A stretch of DNA of 64,000 nucleotides, from contig CAWAOD010000009.1 in NCBI GenBank assembly GCA_963783575.1, positions 448,001-512,000 of the forward strand, read 5' to 3'. The notes beneath the pieces were generated by a model that made no database searches, had not been told where the DNA came from, and worked only from the letters and a program-made list of their open reading frames with translations. Position numbers and translations under genes: made by a program. This stretch comes from an uncultured Spirochaetota bacterium (GTDB lineage: Bacteria > Spirochaetota > Brevinematia > Brevinematales > JAOACQ01). Each line of letters starts with the position of its first letter. Within the stretch, counting starts at the first letter, position 1. Positions 39,634 through 49,955 of this stretch are shown here, piece after piece.

Positions 39634-40900
39634 TCATCTATCGGTAATTATACAGTTTCGACCACCGTTTTTTGCTTTATAAAGAAGATTGTCTGCTTTA
39701 TTTATTGAGGATTCCAGATTTTCCATAAGTAAATTGGCAACACCGATCGATATTGTTACACTAATTTCTTTATCTTTGATTTTTATCTTTTCATTTGCAA
39801 TTAGATTTCTTATTCTTTCAAAATATGTGAATGAATTTTCTTTTCTAAGATTAACGGAAATTACACAGAATTCATCACCGCCATACCTGGCCATTATATC
39901 GGATGTTCTTGAATTTGAATTCAGAATCCCGGCTACCCTTTTGATTACAATATCGCCGGTAAAGTGGCCATAAGTGTCATTAATCGTTTTAAAATTGTCA
40001 ATATCAATTATGGAGATGGTTAATTCAATATTCCCTCTTTTCGAATTTTCAAAAAGCTTAACACCAAGGTCAAAAATAGCATGACGGTTATAAAGACCGG
40101 TTAGGGAATCTTTTATTGCGATATTCCGTAATTTACTGATTGTATCTATAAATTCCAAATTCTGATTTATACGCCATTTGAATTCTTCATCTGAAAAAGG
40201 TTTATATATAAAATCATTAGCGCCTTCTTTTAAAAAATTTGTGGATATTAATGAATTTCCGTAAGCTGAAATACCAATTATTGCCAGCTTATCGATCGGG
40301 TGATCCGCGCAGAGGCAGTTTACCAATTCAAATCCATTCATTTCAGGCATATTATAATCGGTAATGACCAATTTAATATCAGGGTTTGTTTTTATTAAAT
40401 CGAGAGCTTCAACGGTAGATTCGGCCTCCAGTACTATCAAACATTGTGTTTTCAATAAACGGGAAATTAATTTTCTGGAAATAAGTGAATCGTCAATTAC
40501 CAATACTTTTGTTTTAATGTTTCGTTCGAGATAACAGATCAATTTGATCAAATGATCATATGCTCCATTCACTTTTTTTATTATATAATCAAAAATATCT
40601 TTTTTCAGAATTCTTTCCCTGATATCATCATTTAAATAGGAAGTTAAAACAATCATTGGAATTTTTTTAGCCTTTAAATAATTTATAATTTCATCTTCTA
40701 TTGTGTCCGGTAAAAACAAATCAATTATGGAAACAATAAATTCAACTTTGCTGTTTTCTAATATATTTTTTGTCTGAAAAATTTCTGCATAATATGCACT
40801 CAATACCAAGCTCATTATTGATTTTATTGATGATATCTTTAGATACATCTATTTCATTTTCAATTATTAATATCTTTTTATTTTCATTAATAATATCCAT
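39634..40900 (-). CDS. REC-REC-GGDEF diguanylate cyclase; frameshift in the first REC domain
   Basis: AGGAG RBS then ATG 40900 MDIINENKKILIIENE..., frame change near 40766-40782; TDYNMPEMNG; D.LTGLYNR, DIDNFK.INDTYGH..GD, RTSD, YGGDEF. Confidence 0.85.
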
Positions 40901-41016
40901 AATTTCTCCTGAATTAACGATGCAAGAAAATCTTCAATTTTTAATCATTAATTTTATTCTAACCAGATGAATAATATAAGTCAAAAAAGAACAAAATATC
41001 TAAACCGGATAATATT

Positions 41017-41055
41017 TTTTTAGAACAAAACAATCTATTTCTTATGTTCTAAAAA
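41017..41055. promoter_or_regulatory. 11-bp perfect inverted repeat in a divergent intergenic region
   Basis: TTTTTAGAACA-N17-TGTTCTAAAAA; TTGACA-N16-TATAAT follows at 41092-41119. Confidence 0.45.
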
Positions 41056-41233
41056 CCATACTTTGTTTTATTGAAGATCCTCAGCATTCACTTGACAAAT
41101 ATTATAGAGACATTATAATTCTATATTAGGATTTATATATTTATAAAATTATCATTCCTTTCAAATATTTTTGTCTAATAACGTATGGAGCATTATTATT
41201 ACGGCCGCCCCATTTTCAGTAAGGAGATGGATT

Positions 41234-41950
41234 ATGAATTACTTATGTAAAATATTAATTTTAGCAATTGTTATGGCTTCCATTGGAGCCGATGCATACT
41301 GCGAGGTTATCACAAAAAGCGGCACTTTCAATGGAACTTTAGTAAATTACATAATCGTTCTCCCTCAGAATTTCAGCCCAGCCCGCACATATCCGGCAGT
41401 CCTAGCATTTGCAGGCGGTGGCCAGGACATGCCTACGATGAGAGACACCCTGAATAGGAACTGGATCGGCCAATCTCAGAAACGCAATTATCTTGTCTTT
41501 ATGCCTGAAGCCCCTAACGGTGATCTATTTTATGCAAATGGAGATCGGATTTTCCCCGCCTTTCTGGATCAACTTCTTAAGGACTACAAAATCGAAGCCC
41601 GGAAATTTCATGTGGCCGGCCGCTCCAACGGGGGATTGAGTGCCTTTCATATCGCGGCGCTATTTCCAAAATATTTTCTCTCCGTAACAGGTTTCCCGGG
41701 TTTTCTTCTGAATGCCACGGACGCCGACTTCGAAGCTTTAAAATTCTTACCGATCTTTATGTTTGCCGGGGGAAACGACTTAACTTGGCTGTCTATGGAA
41801 AAACAGCAGTACGATCAAATGAAGGCAAAGGGACTACGGGTCAGTCTGGAAATTGAGGAAGGGCAGAATCATGCAATCGAGACTCTTATGGATGACGGTT
41901 CCAAACGTCTTTTTGACCATTTCGATGAAGCGTCCAGACTTTTCAAGTAA
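41234..41950 (+). CDS. Exported alpha/beta hydrolase (esterase-like)
   Basis: Start ATG 41234 with AAGGAG; signal peptide; GRSNGG nucleophile elbow; G..D and H downstream. Confidence 0.7.
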   Translation: MNYLCKILILAIVMASIGADAYCEVITKSGTFNGTLVNYIIVLPQNFSPARTYPAVLAFAGGGQDMPTMRDTLNRNWIGQSQKRNYLVFMPEAPNGDLFYANGDRIFPAFLDQLLKDYKIEARKFHVAGRSNGGLSAFHIAALFPKYFLSVTGFPGFLLNATDADFEALKFLPIFMFAGGNDLTWLSMEKQQYDQMKAKGLRVSLEIEEGQNHAIETLMDDGSKRLFDHFDEASRLFK

Positions 41951-41983
41951 CGCTTATATCTAGTAAATTTGTGAGGTATAAAT

Positions 41984-44434
41984 TTGTTTAAATCTAATTC
42001 TTCCAAAAGACAAAGGAGAAGGAAAACAATCGGTTTTATCATCAATTTTCTGCATCATCGATATCAAAGTATGATCTGCCCTGGAATCATGGATGGAGCT
42101 ATAAAGCGGGATTATAATTTAATCGCCTTCGTAGGCAAATCACTGAATTCTCCTTCAATATTTGAAACTCAGGAAAATGTGATTTATAAATTAGCGTGTG
42201 AAAACAATATTGATGGACTTTTAATAATGACCGGAGCAATCGGTAATAATATTGAATTAAACGAATTAAAGAACTTCTGCCAGCAATATAATTCCCTTCC
42301 CATTGTTTGTGTTTCTACCCCAATAGAAGGTATTCCCTCCGTTTGGGTTGACAATAAAAGTGGAATGCGAGAGCTTGTAACCCATTTTGTCAAGGATCAT
42401 AATTATAAGAGAATTGCATTTATCCGGGGGCCATCAAATAATCCTGAGGCTGAAATACGTTATAAAGTATTCACAGAAGTGCTTTCTGAAAATAATATTC
42501 CTGTCATTCCGAAATTAATTTTCGAGGGAGATTTTATTTGGTTTTCCGGGAGAGAAGGAATTAAAACCATATTGGATAAAAGAAAAGCCAAGTTTGACGC
42601 CGTACTGGCCGCTAATGATGAAATGCTGGTTGGTGTTTATCGGGAACTGATCAGCCGTGGTATCAGAATTCCTGAAGAAGTTGCTTTAGGCGGATTTGAT
42701 GATATTAACGAAACCAGGATTATAACTCCTCAAATCACCACAGTATCACAGCCGCTTTATGAAGAAGGCATAAAAGCATTAGAAATACTGGCAGATATTA
42801 TTGAAGGTAAATCCGTACCGGAATTGTTCACATTTCCATCCCGGTTAATTATCAGGCAATCCTGCGGCTGCCAACTTTTTAATTACAGTGGTAATTTGGG
42901 AAAGGATCCCGATTTATTGGCAAATAAAAAACAGGATATTATTATAAATAAAGTGCAACGTGATATTATTATAGAGCAACTAATAAAGGATGCTGAACTC
43001 CAATCAAGTACTCCCAAAGATTATAAAGAAAATCAGGATTTGATAAGGATTTATTTCAATTCTTTTATTGAAGATCTGGAAAATCGAAATAATCATAAAT
43101 TCATTGATAGTGTTTCTAAATTGACAAATAATTCTCAGGAAAATAATTTTGACTTTGAATTTTTTAAAATTCTTATTTCCAAAATTTATAAAAATGTTTC
43201 TCCTTTTTTGATAAATTCCCTTGAACTGACATCCAGAGCAAATGAGTTATTTAATGACTCTCTATCCATGCTGTTGGAGTCAATATCACGCTATAATCAA
43301 AATAGATTGGTTCAATCAAGAGATTATAACTGGGCGATGATTAATGTGACAAAAACACTCAGTACAACTTATGATCTAAAAAGTTTACGGGATGTTATTC
43401 TTAAACTTTTACCGACATTAAATATATCTTTTTGTTTCATTGCTCTTTATGAGACTTCTAATGAATCCGTATTACCAACAACTCAGTCAAGCGTATTTTT
43501 AAATTTCCAGAATGGTCATCAAAATTATGATTATCAGAAAAATCTATTATTTGATTCGCGACAGCTTATCCCTGATGAATTATTGGATGTAAAAAAAAGG
43601 TATTGTTTAGCTGTCTTTCCACTTGTAACCGAAAATGACCATTTTGGATTTATAGCCTTTAATTATGATCACAAAAGGGATCCTATTATATATGAGACTC
43701 TCCAGGGACATATTAGTGCTTCTCTGAAAAGTGCGATTTTACTGGAAACCGTTAAGAAGCAATCCGAAGACCTTTATATTCAGAAAGATGAGCAAAGTAA
43801 AAGCCTGAAAAATTTACGCGCAATTATGGGAGGATTTATTAATGCCATGTCCCTTGTGGTAGAGGCTCGTGATCCCTATACAGCCGGTCATCAGGTACGG
43901 GTGGCGAACCTGGCACGTGCAATTGCAACTGAAATGGGATTGCCCAAGGACCAAATAGAAGGTATCCGGGTTTCCGGTGTCCTGCATGATCTTGGAAAGT
44001 TATATATTCCAAGTCAAATACTTAATAAACCGGGCCGTCTGCTGGATGAAGAATTCAGCCTCATAAAGATACACCCTCAAATCGGCTATAATATTTTAAA
44101 ATCGGTTGATTTCCCCTGGCCTATTGATAAAATTGTTTTACAACATCATGAGCGTATTGACGGGTCCGGATATCCGGCTGGCTTAAAAGGAAAACAGATA
44201 TTAATTGAAGCGCAGATTATCTGTGTAGCTGACGTAGTTGAAGCAATGGCATCACATCGTCCTTATCGTCCCGCTCCTGGCATTGATAAGGCCCTGGAAG
44301 AAATATCCAGAAACAGAGGAAAGTTATATGATGAGGTCATTGTCGACTGCTGTATCAAATTATTCAAAGAAAAAGGATTCAATTTTGATGTTCCTGTAGG
44401 TTCCTTCCAGTATCCTCAAACCGCAGAAAGCTGA
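41984..44434 (+). CDS. LacI-type sugar-binding domain (no HTH) fused to HD-GYP
   Basis: DN..G, H...RIAFI.GP, AANDEM, IPE.VA..GFDD, TTV.QP; RDPYTAGH..RV, LHDLGK, HHER.DGSGYP. Confidence 0.8.
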   Translation: MFKSNSSKRQRRRKTIGFIINFLHHRYQSMICPGIMDGAIKRDYNLIAFVGKSLNSPSIFETQENVIYKLACENNIDGLLIMTGAIGNNIELNELKNFCQQYNSLPIVCVSTPIEGIPSVWVDNKSGMRELVTHFVKDHNYKRIAFIRGPSNNPEAEIRYKVFTEVLSENNIPVIPKLIFEGDFIWFSGREGIKTILDKRKAKFDAVLAANDEMLVGVYRELISRGIRIPEEVALGGFDDINETRIITPQITTVSQPLYEEGIKALEILADIIEGKSVPELFTFPSRLIIRQSCGCQLFNYSGNLGKDPDLLANKKQDIIINKVQRDIIIEQLIKDAELQSSTPKDYKENQDLIRIYFNSFIEDLENRNNHKFIDSVSKLTNNSQENNFDFEFFKILISKIYKNVSPFLINSLELTSRANELFNDSLSMLLESISRYNQNRLVQSRDYNWAMINVTKTLSTTYDLKSLRDVILKLLPTLNISFCFIALYETSNESVLPTTQSSVFLNFQNGHQNYDYQKNLLFDSRQLIPDELLDVKKRYCLAVFPLVTENDHFGFIAFNYDHKRDPIIYETLQGHISASLKSAILLETVKKQSEDLYIQKDEQSKSLKNLRAIMGGFINAMSLVVEARDPYTAGHQVRVANLARAIATEMGLPKDQIEGIRVSGVLHDLGKLYIPSQILNKPGRLLDEEFSLIKIHPQIGYNILKSVDFPWPIDKIVLQHHERIDGSGYPAGLKGKQILIEAQIICVADVVEAMASHRPYRPAPGIDKALEEISRNRGKLYDEVIVDCCIKLFKEKGFNFDVPVGSFQYPQTAES

Positions 44435-44439
44435 GTCTG

Positions 44440-44780
44440 GACGTTTCGGATAATAATTCGGTACAAAGATGTTAATGTGAATATTTTCGGGGTAATCCGC
44501 ATGGTTTGCGCTATTGCCCCGCATATGCTAGAAAGGAAATCTGGAATGATAATTAATATCGGCTCCATTGGCGGCAGAGTATCAACCCTGATAAACGGGA
44601 GTTACTTGGCAATGTTGGAATAAAAGTTGCGCTGATTGAGCCAGGCAATATGAAACTAATTTCAAGGAAACTGCCTTGTCCGCTTAAGGTCCTTTATATA
44701 AAAATGAATCATTGCCCTATTATCCAATCTACAAGCGTTTTTTACAAATTACGGCAAACAAAAAAAGCTCCGGTCCTGGA
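44440..44780 (+). pseudogene. Short-chain dehydrogenase (SDR) remnant
   Basis: NVNIFGVIRMVCAIAPHMLERKSGMIINIGSIGGRVSTLINGSY joined out of frame to NVGIKVALIEPG; no N-terminus; boundaries approximate. Confidence 0.75.
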
Positions 44781-44783
44781 AAA

Positions 44784-44828
44784 ATGATCCCATAGCAAGC
44801 TTCGAGGAATTGAACCAATTTAGATTAA
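44784..44828. repeat. Degenerate hairpin element related to 26570..26680
   Basis: Reverse complement GGTTCAATTCCTCGAAGCTTGCTATGG resembles GGTCAATTCCTTGCAACTCGCTGCGG at 26591. Confidence 0.4.
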
Positions 44829-44897
44829 AATGTATCCGAAATCATATTCAAATGTATCCGTATGTCTATTGAAATCTGATATTAAAAATCATATACT
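44828..44897 (+). promoter_or_regulatory. Direct-repeat activator site plus sigma70 promoter of the radical SAM gene
   Basis: AAATGTATCCG at 44828-44838 and 44850-44860 (22-bp period); TTGAAA-N17-TATACT at 44869-44897. Confidence 0.55.
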
Positions 44898-44923
44898 CTA
44901 TTAATCAAGGTAAGGAGATTGTT

Positions 44924-46015
44924 ATGGATCAAATTCATGAGACCCTGAATTATTTTCAGTCTAGCATACGAAGGATTTTTCTTGAGGAAAAAGGTATAAA
45001 TCAAAAATTAGCGGGAAATATTATTCAAATTTATCAAAAAGCGGAGAAAAGGAAAAAAAAGGCCTTGAAAAAATTCGGAGGCCCGATACCGACATTCTGC
45101 ATGTTTTCCGTAACCTGGAAATGCAATCTCTCCTGTAAAGGGTGCTACGCGCGGAATTATCCTCAGGAAGGGCAGTTGAAATTGAATGAAATTATCAACG
45201 CTATTTCCGAATTGATCTTACTGGGGAATTCTTTTTTTATTATAGTGGGAGGCGAACCGCTTGCCGTGCCCGGATTGATAGAATCTCTGGCAAAGCAGAA
45301 GGATGGGTTCTTTTTTCTATTTACAAACGGATATTTGTTGAATGATGAAAAAATCGGACTTATTAAAAATTCCGGAAATATACTACCTGTTTTGTCAATT
45401 GAAGGCAGTATAAACCAGACAGATGCAAGGAGGGGAAATGGTTCGGGTAAAAAAACCGAGGAAAATATAATTAAATTCAAAAATCTGGGTATGCCCTTTG
45501 CATTTTCCTCAATGATATCAAAAGAAAACTATCGTGAAATTTCTTCCAGGGATTATTTTGACAATCTATGGAAATCAGGCGCTCTTTTCGGATTTATGAT
45601 CGATTATGTTCCCATGCCCGGAAGAAATGATGAAGCGCTGCTTTTATCGGATGATGAAAGCGTTATCCTTGAAAATGAACTGGATAAGCGAAGAAAGGAA
45701 TGCAGACCATTTTTCTTTCATTTTCCTGCTGACGAATATAGAATGGGCGGCTGCCAATCCGCGGGAAAGGGATTTTTTCATATCAATGCCAACGGATTTG
45801 CGGAGCCATGCCCATTCAGCCACTTCGCCTGCGATAATATCCGGGATAAATCCATACCGGAAATCCTTCAGTCAGAGTTTTTCCAGAAAGTAAGAAATGA
45901 TTTTTCCGGATGTATAAGCGGGCATGCGGGCTGTTTATTGGTAGAGAAATATGGCGCACTATCAAAATTAACTGAAAGAACCGGCGCTTTTAACACAGAA
46001 ACATTGAATGTTTAA
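44924..46015 (+). CDS. Radical SAM protein with SPASM/twitch-like C-terminus
   Basis: CNLSCKGC, GGEPL, FTNG, SIEG...TD.RRG.G, GC..AG..FFHINA.G..EPCPF. Confidence 0.85.
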   Translation: MDQIHETLNYFQSSIRRIFLEEKGINQKLAGNIIQIYQKAEKRKKKALKKFGGPIPTFCMFSVTWKCNLSCKGCYARNYPQEGQLKLNEIINAISELILLGNSFFIIVGGEPLAVPGLIESLAKQKDGFFFLFTNGYLLNDEKIGLIKNSGNILPVLSIEGSINQTDARRGNGSGKKTEENIIKFKNLGMPFAFSSMISKENYREISSRDYFDNLWKSGALFGFMIDYVPMPGRNDEALLLSDDESVILENELDKRRKECRPFFFHFPADEYRMGGCQSAGKGFFHINANGFAEPCPFSHFACDNIRDKSIPEILQSEFFQKVRNDFSGCISGHAGCLLVEKYGALSKLTERTGAFNTETLNV

Positions 46016-46198
46016 AACTCAATATTTTGACTGTTTTCAAATTAGTGTGCTATCAATACTTCAAGTCAAATTTTTCTAAAGCAGTAAGAAAGATCTGTTT
46101 AAAATAATTGACTTATATTTAAAATTTCTTTAATTTTTTACAACGGTTATATTAAAATCTTAAAAATACAGTTCAATAATTAATTATAAGGTAAATTT

Positions 46199-46655
46199 AT
46201 GAATAAAATGGGCAGAATAATCCTTATAACAGCGGGATTAATTATATTATTCTTTATAGTTTGGAATATGGTTAAAAAAACCGGTGTGGAGTACTATAAA
46301 GTCAGGCAGATTGATATTGACAGGAAACCTCGACCGTGAAACCGGCGGAGCCGTTCTGGATGTTATGACAAAAATGGTCAGGGAAAGAGGTGCAACGCTC
46401 GCCCGCGAGATAGCACTCAAGGCAGACAGGATCATAGAGCTTGTTGACGGAAAGATCTGCAAGGATTTCAAAATAGCAGATTCGGGCGCTGAAGCGGCGA
46501 GGGAAATCCTGGAAGACAGGGCATGCGTGATTTAAAGAAAATATCAATTCGGGCCGAGCCTGCCGGCATTATTCGTGTTTCTTGGTTTCAGTTTTTGGGC
46601 AATTTTTCTTGGAATTTTCTCAGGGGAATCATTCGGGAAAAATGACGGGAAATAA
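46199..46655 (+). pseudogene. Collapsed remnant of an ABC-export operon
   Basis: N-terminal anchor MNKMGRIILITAGLIILFFIVW...VEYYKV, then ABC ATPase tail TGNLD..TG..V...ADRIIEL.DGKI lacking the H-loop, then a hydrophobic C-terminal fragment. Confidence 0.6.
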
Positions 46656-46665
46656 GGGCATAAAA

Positions 46666-47655
46666 TTATACAATTTTCTCCCATCCGCCGCTTTTTTCGG
46701 AAGCAAATAACGCATCAAGCGCTTTCATATTGTTAACGGCATCTTCCGGAGGAGTCGGAACCGGTTTATTATCCCTGATGGATGCCGCAAAAGCTTCAAA
46801 TTCAAGGCCATACTGGTCTGCTGGCCCGAGCAGAATTTCTCGTGTTTCCACATCTGTTTTTACCGTGATCCTGGCCGGTACATCGGACGGCATATTAAAC
46901 GGGATTTCTACCGTTATCTGGCCGCCGTTTCCGTAAACATAAACTTTCTGGCCTGAAAATATCTGCGTGCTGACCGTAAAGACCGATCTCGCCTCACCGA
47001 AATCAATTATGCCCGAAGTTAGCACATCGGTACCGAAATTTTTATCCCTGTTGACAAGGCTTATTACCCTTTCAGGCTCATGGTCAATAAGGTAGCGCGC
47101 TGTTGAAACGGCATAGCATCCGATGTCTAAAATTGCGCCTCCCCCAATGTCCGTAATATTGCGGATATTTTCCGGATCGGTATTGTTATATCCGAAGAAG
47201 GTATGAACCGAAAGGACTTTTCCGATTTCCCCGGTTTTTATAAGCTCATAAACATGCTTCCATTGGGGATGGAATCTATACATAAAGGCTTCCATAAGCT
47301 TTACGCCCTTCAATTTCGCGTAATTGACACATTCAACAGCATCTTTTGCATTGAGAGTTATTGGTTTTTCACAGATGATATGCTTGCCCGCGTCCGAGGA
47401 TTTTTTTATCCATTCAAGATGCAGGTGGTTAGGCAAAGGAATGTATACAAAATCAATATTTTTGTCTTTTAAAAGCCCTTCATAAGAAGAATAATATATA
47501 GGGACACCGTATTTTTCAGCAAAATTCTGTGCTTTTTCTTTTGAACGGGAAGCTATTGCGTAGACTTCAACCGATTCTGCCTTTTTAAGAGGTGAAATAA
47601 CCCTTTTTTCAAAATGACCGGAAACCCCCATAATCCCTAATTTTAAAGGCTTCAT
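46666..47655 (-). CDS. Gfo/Idh/MocA-family oxidoreductase
   Basis: VYIPLPNHLH.EW, GKH..CEKP, EAFMYRFHPQW, GGGA.LDIGCY. Confidence 0.9.
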   Translation of the reverse strand: MKPLKLGIMGVSGHFEKRVISPLKKAESVEVYAIASRSKEKAQNFAEKYGVPIYYSSYEGLLKDKNIDFVYIPLPNHLHLEWIKKSSDAGKHIICEKPITLNAKDAVECVNYAKLKGVKLMEAFMYRFHPQWKHVYELIKTGEIGKVLSVHTFFGYNNTDPENIRNITDIGGGAILDIGCYAVSTARYLIDHEPERVISLVNRDKNFGTDVLTSGIIDFGEARSVFTVSTQIFSGQKVYVYGNGGQITVEIPFNMPSDVPARITVKTDVETREILLGPADQYGLEFEAFAASIRDNKPVPTPPEDAVNNMKALDALFASEKSGGWEKIV

Positions 47656-47686
47656 TTTAAACCTCCTATCTTGATAAATTAAAATT

Positions 47687-48115
47687 TCAATTTAAAAACC
47701 CTGATAATTGTTCTGCTATTTCATTGATCTCATTTTCACCGGCTAATAAACTGAAAATTTTAATAACCCTGACTTTACTCCCTGATAAAAGCTTTATTAT
47801 TAAACCCGGGCTTGTCTTTTTAATTTCCTTTATCCTCCCTCTACTGATTGAGACAGGCTTGAAGAACAATCCCAGCCTAACAACAACTTCGTTATCGCTG
47901 AATTCCACATAAGGCGGCTTTTTTCTGAACCAAACGAAATAATATAATAAAATGACCGAGGCATAGGCGTAAAATCCGATCATCAAAATTATATTTTTCG
48001 GATATACAAACGTGAATACAAAAAATACAATCGATATTATTGATATAACTCTTTCGATTCTATTCGTTTTAAAAGAATATTCTCTATTATTTTGACTTAA
48101 CTTTTCTGCTGTCAT
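47687..48115 (-). CDS. Hypothetical two-TM protein
   Basis: GGAGG RBS, two hydrophobic helices and a soluble C-terminal domain. Confidence 0.55.
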   Translation of the reverse strand: MTAEKLSQNNREYSFKTNRIERVISIISIVFFVFTFVYPKNIILMIGFYAYASVILLYYFVWFRKKPPYVEFSDNEVVVRLGLFFKPVSISRGRIKEIKKTSPGLIIKLLSGSKVRVIKIFSLLAGENEINEIAEQLSGFLN

Positions 48116-48473
48116 TCCTTTCCTCCGGTAAAAGTTATAATATCCAGCTTTTAATAATTATAGATGTATTGAAAAAATAATGCAACACTTAATTTAAAAA
48201 CTGATTAATCCCTAGTCATGGGAGAAACATATTTTACTAAAGATTATTATAAAATGTCATTATGAAAAGATTATAATAATTGATAAAATGCTTCTATTCA
48301 AAACTATTGGATTACAAGCATGATGAAAATATAGTATAATTATTGACAAAGAGGTTTTACGTTATTAATTTTGTAATATATCCGGCTGTAAATTAAAATA
48401 TCTAAACGCTGAGTAGATAATTCCGATTTTAACCCTATTTGAACCTTAATCGAAATAATTTGTTGTTAAGGAT

Positions 48474-49955
48474 ATGCTTATGAAATATGCTCAATCACTT
48501 TCTCTTCTAACCGATCTTTATGAATTAACAATGGCATACAGTTACTGGAAATCCGGCGCCGGCAACAAAGAATCTGTATTTCATATGACCTTCAGGGAAA
48601 ATCCGTTTCAGGGCGGATTTACAATAATGTGCGGTCTTGAATATTTAATAGATTATTTAAAGAATTTGAAGTTCGACCGGAGTGATCTCGATTATCTCGA
48701 TACCCTGAAGGGATATGATTCAAAAAATTTATTCGATCATGAATTTTTACATTATCTTGAATCAATGAAATTTGAGTGCGATATTGATGCTGTACCGGAA
48801 GGAACGGTCATATTTCCTCATGAGCCTATTTTGAGGGTTCGGGGCTCGGTTATCCAATGTCAGATAGTCGAATCGGCGATCCTTAATATGATAAATTTTC
48901 AATCACTTATCGCTACAAAAGCCGCGAGAATATGTATCGCGGCAAAAGATGACCCGGTTTTAGAGTTCGGCCTTCGCAGGGCCCAGGGTTTTGACGGTGC
49001 GCTTGCCGCAAGCAGAGCGGCTTACATCGGAGGATGTGCAGGTACGTCAAACGTTCTTGCTGGAAAAATGTTCGGTATTCCGGTAAAAGGCACTCATGCA
49101 CATAGCTGGGTTATGACTTTCGACAGCGAGCAGGAAGCGTTTCAGGCATACGCTCTGGCTATGCCAAATAACTGCGTTATGCTTGTCGACACTTACAATT
49201 CTCTTGAAGGCGTAAAGCATGCAATAGAGACCGGTAAGCAGCTAAGGCAAAATGGGAGCAATCTTTATGGAATACGCCTTGATTCGGGAGACCTGGCTTA
49301 TCTGAGCAAACAGGCGCGTAAAATTCTTGATGATGCAGGTTTTGAGAATACAAAAATTTTCGCTAGCAACGATCTTGATGAGGACATCATCGCCAGCCTG
49401 AAGGAACAAGGGGCGGAAATTACTGTCTGGGGTGTTGGTACAAAACTTGTCACTGCTGATAAATATCCGGCTCTCGGGGGCGTTTATAAATTGTCAGCGA
49501 TCAGGAACCCTGGAGCTGATTGGGAGTATAAATTAAAACTTTCCGAGCAGGCCGTTAAAATTTCGACTCCGGGGATACTCCAGGTGAGGCGTTTTAGGGA
49601 AAAGGGTGAAAATATAGCCGATGCCATTTACCAGACTGAAACCGATCTTTCAAAAGGATGTTCTATTATAGATCCTTTCGATATAACAAAACATAAATTG
49701 ATACCTGAAAATACTGAATATACCGATTTATTAATTCCTGTCTTCCGTAATGGACAGAATATTTACCCAGAAAGAAATATCAATGAAATACGCGAAAGCA
49801 CAAAAACAAGCCTGCGGTCTTTTTACAGCGGGATCAAGCGCTTTATCAACCCTCACCGGTACCCGGTAGGTTTGGAAAAATCATTGAATGATCTCAGAAT
49901 GGAATTAATCATAAAGGAAAGGAAAAAAAGTACAAATACAGGAGTAAAAAAATGA
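48474..49955 (+). CDS. pncB: Nicotinate phosphoribosyltransferase
   Basis: LLTDLYELTM, EFGLRRAQG, GTHAHSW, LVDTY, IRLDSGDL, ASNDLDE, GVGT.L, GGVYKL. Confidence 0.93.
   Translation: MLMKYAQSLSLLTDLYELTMAYSYWKSGAGNKESVFHMTFRENPFQGGFTIMCGLEYLIDYLKNLKFDRSDLDYLDTLKGYDSKNLFDHEFLHYLESMKFECDIDAVPEGTVIFPHEPILRVRGSVIQCQIVESAILNMINFQSLIATKAARICIAAKDDPVLEFGLRRAQGFDGALAASRAAYIGGCAGTSNVLAGKMFGIPVKGTHAHSWVMTFDSEQEAFQAYALAMPNNCVMLVDTYNSLEGVKHAIETGKQLRQNGSNLYGIRLDSGDLAYLSKQARKILDDAGFENTKIFASNDLDEDIIASLKEQGAEITVWGVGTKLVTADKYPALGGVYKLSAIRNPGADWEYKLKLSEQAVKISTPGILQVRRFREKGENIADAIYQTETDLSKGCSIIDPFDITKHKLIPENTEYTDLLIPVFRNGQNIYPERNINEIRESTKTSLRSFYSGIKRFINPHRYPVGLEKSLNDLRMELIIKERKKSTNTGVKK

Noticed and set aside
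48361..48473. Possible NAD-related riboswitch upstream of pncB
   Set aside because: No recognisable conserved motif or convincing structure by eye; a covariance-model search would be needed.
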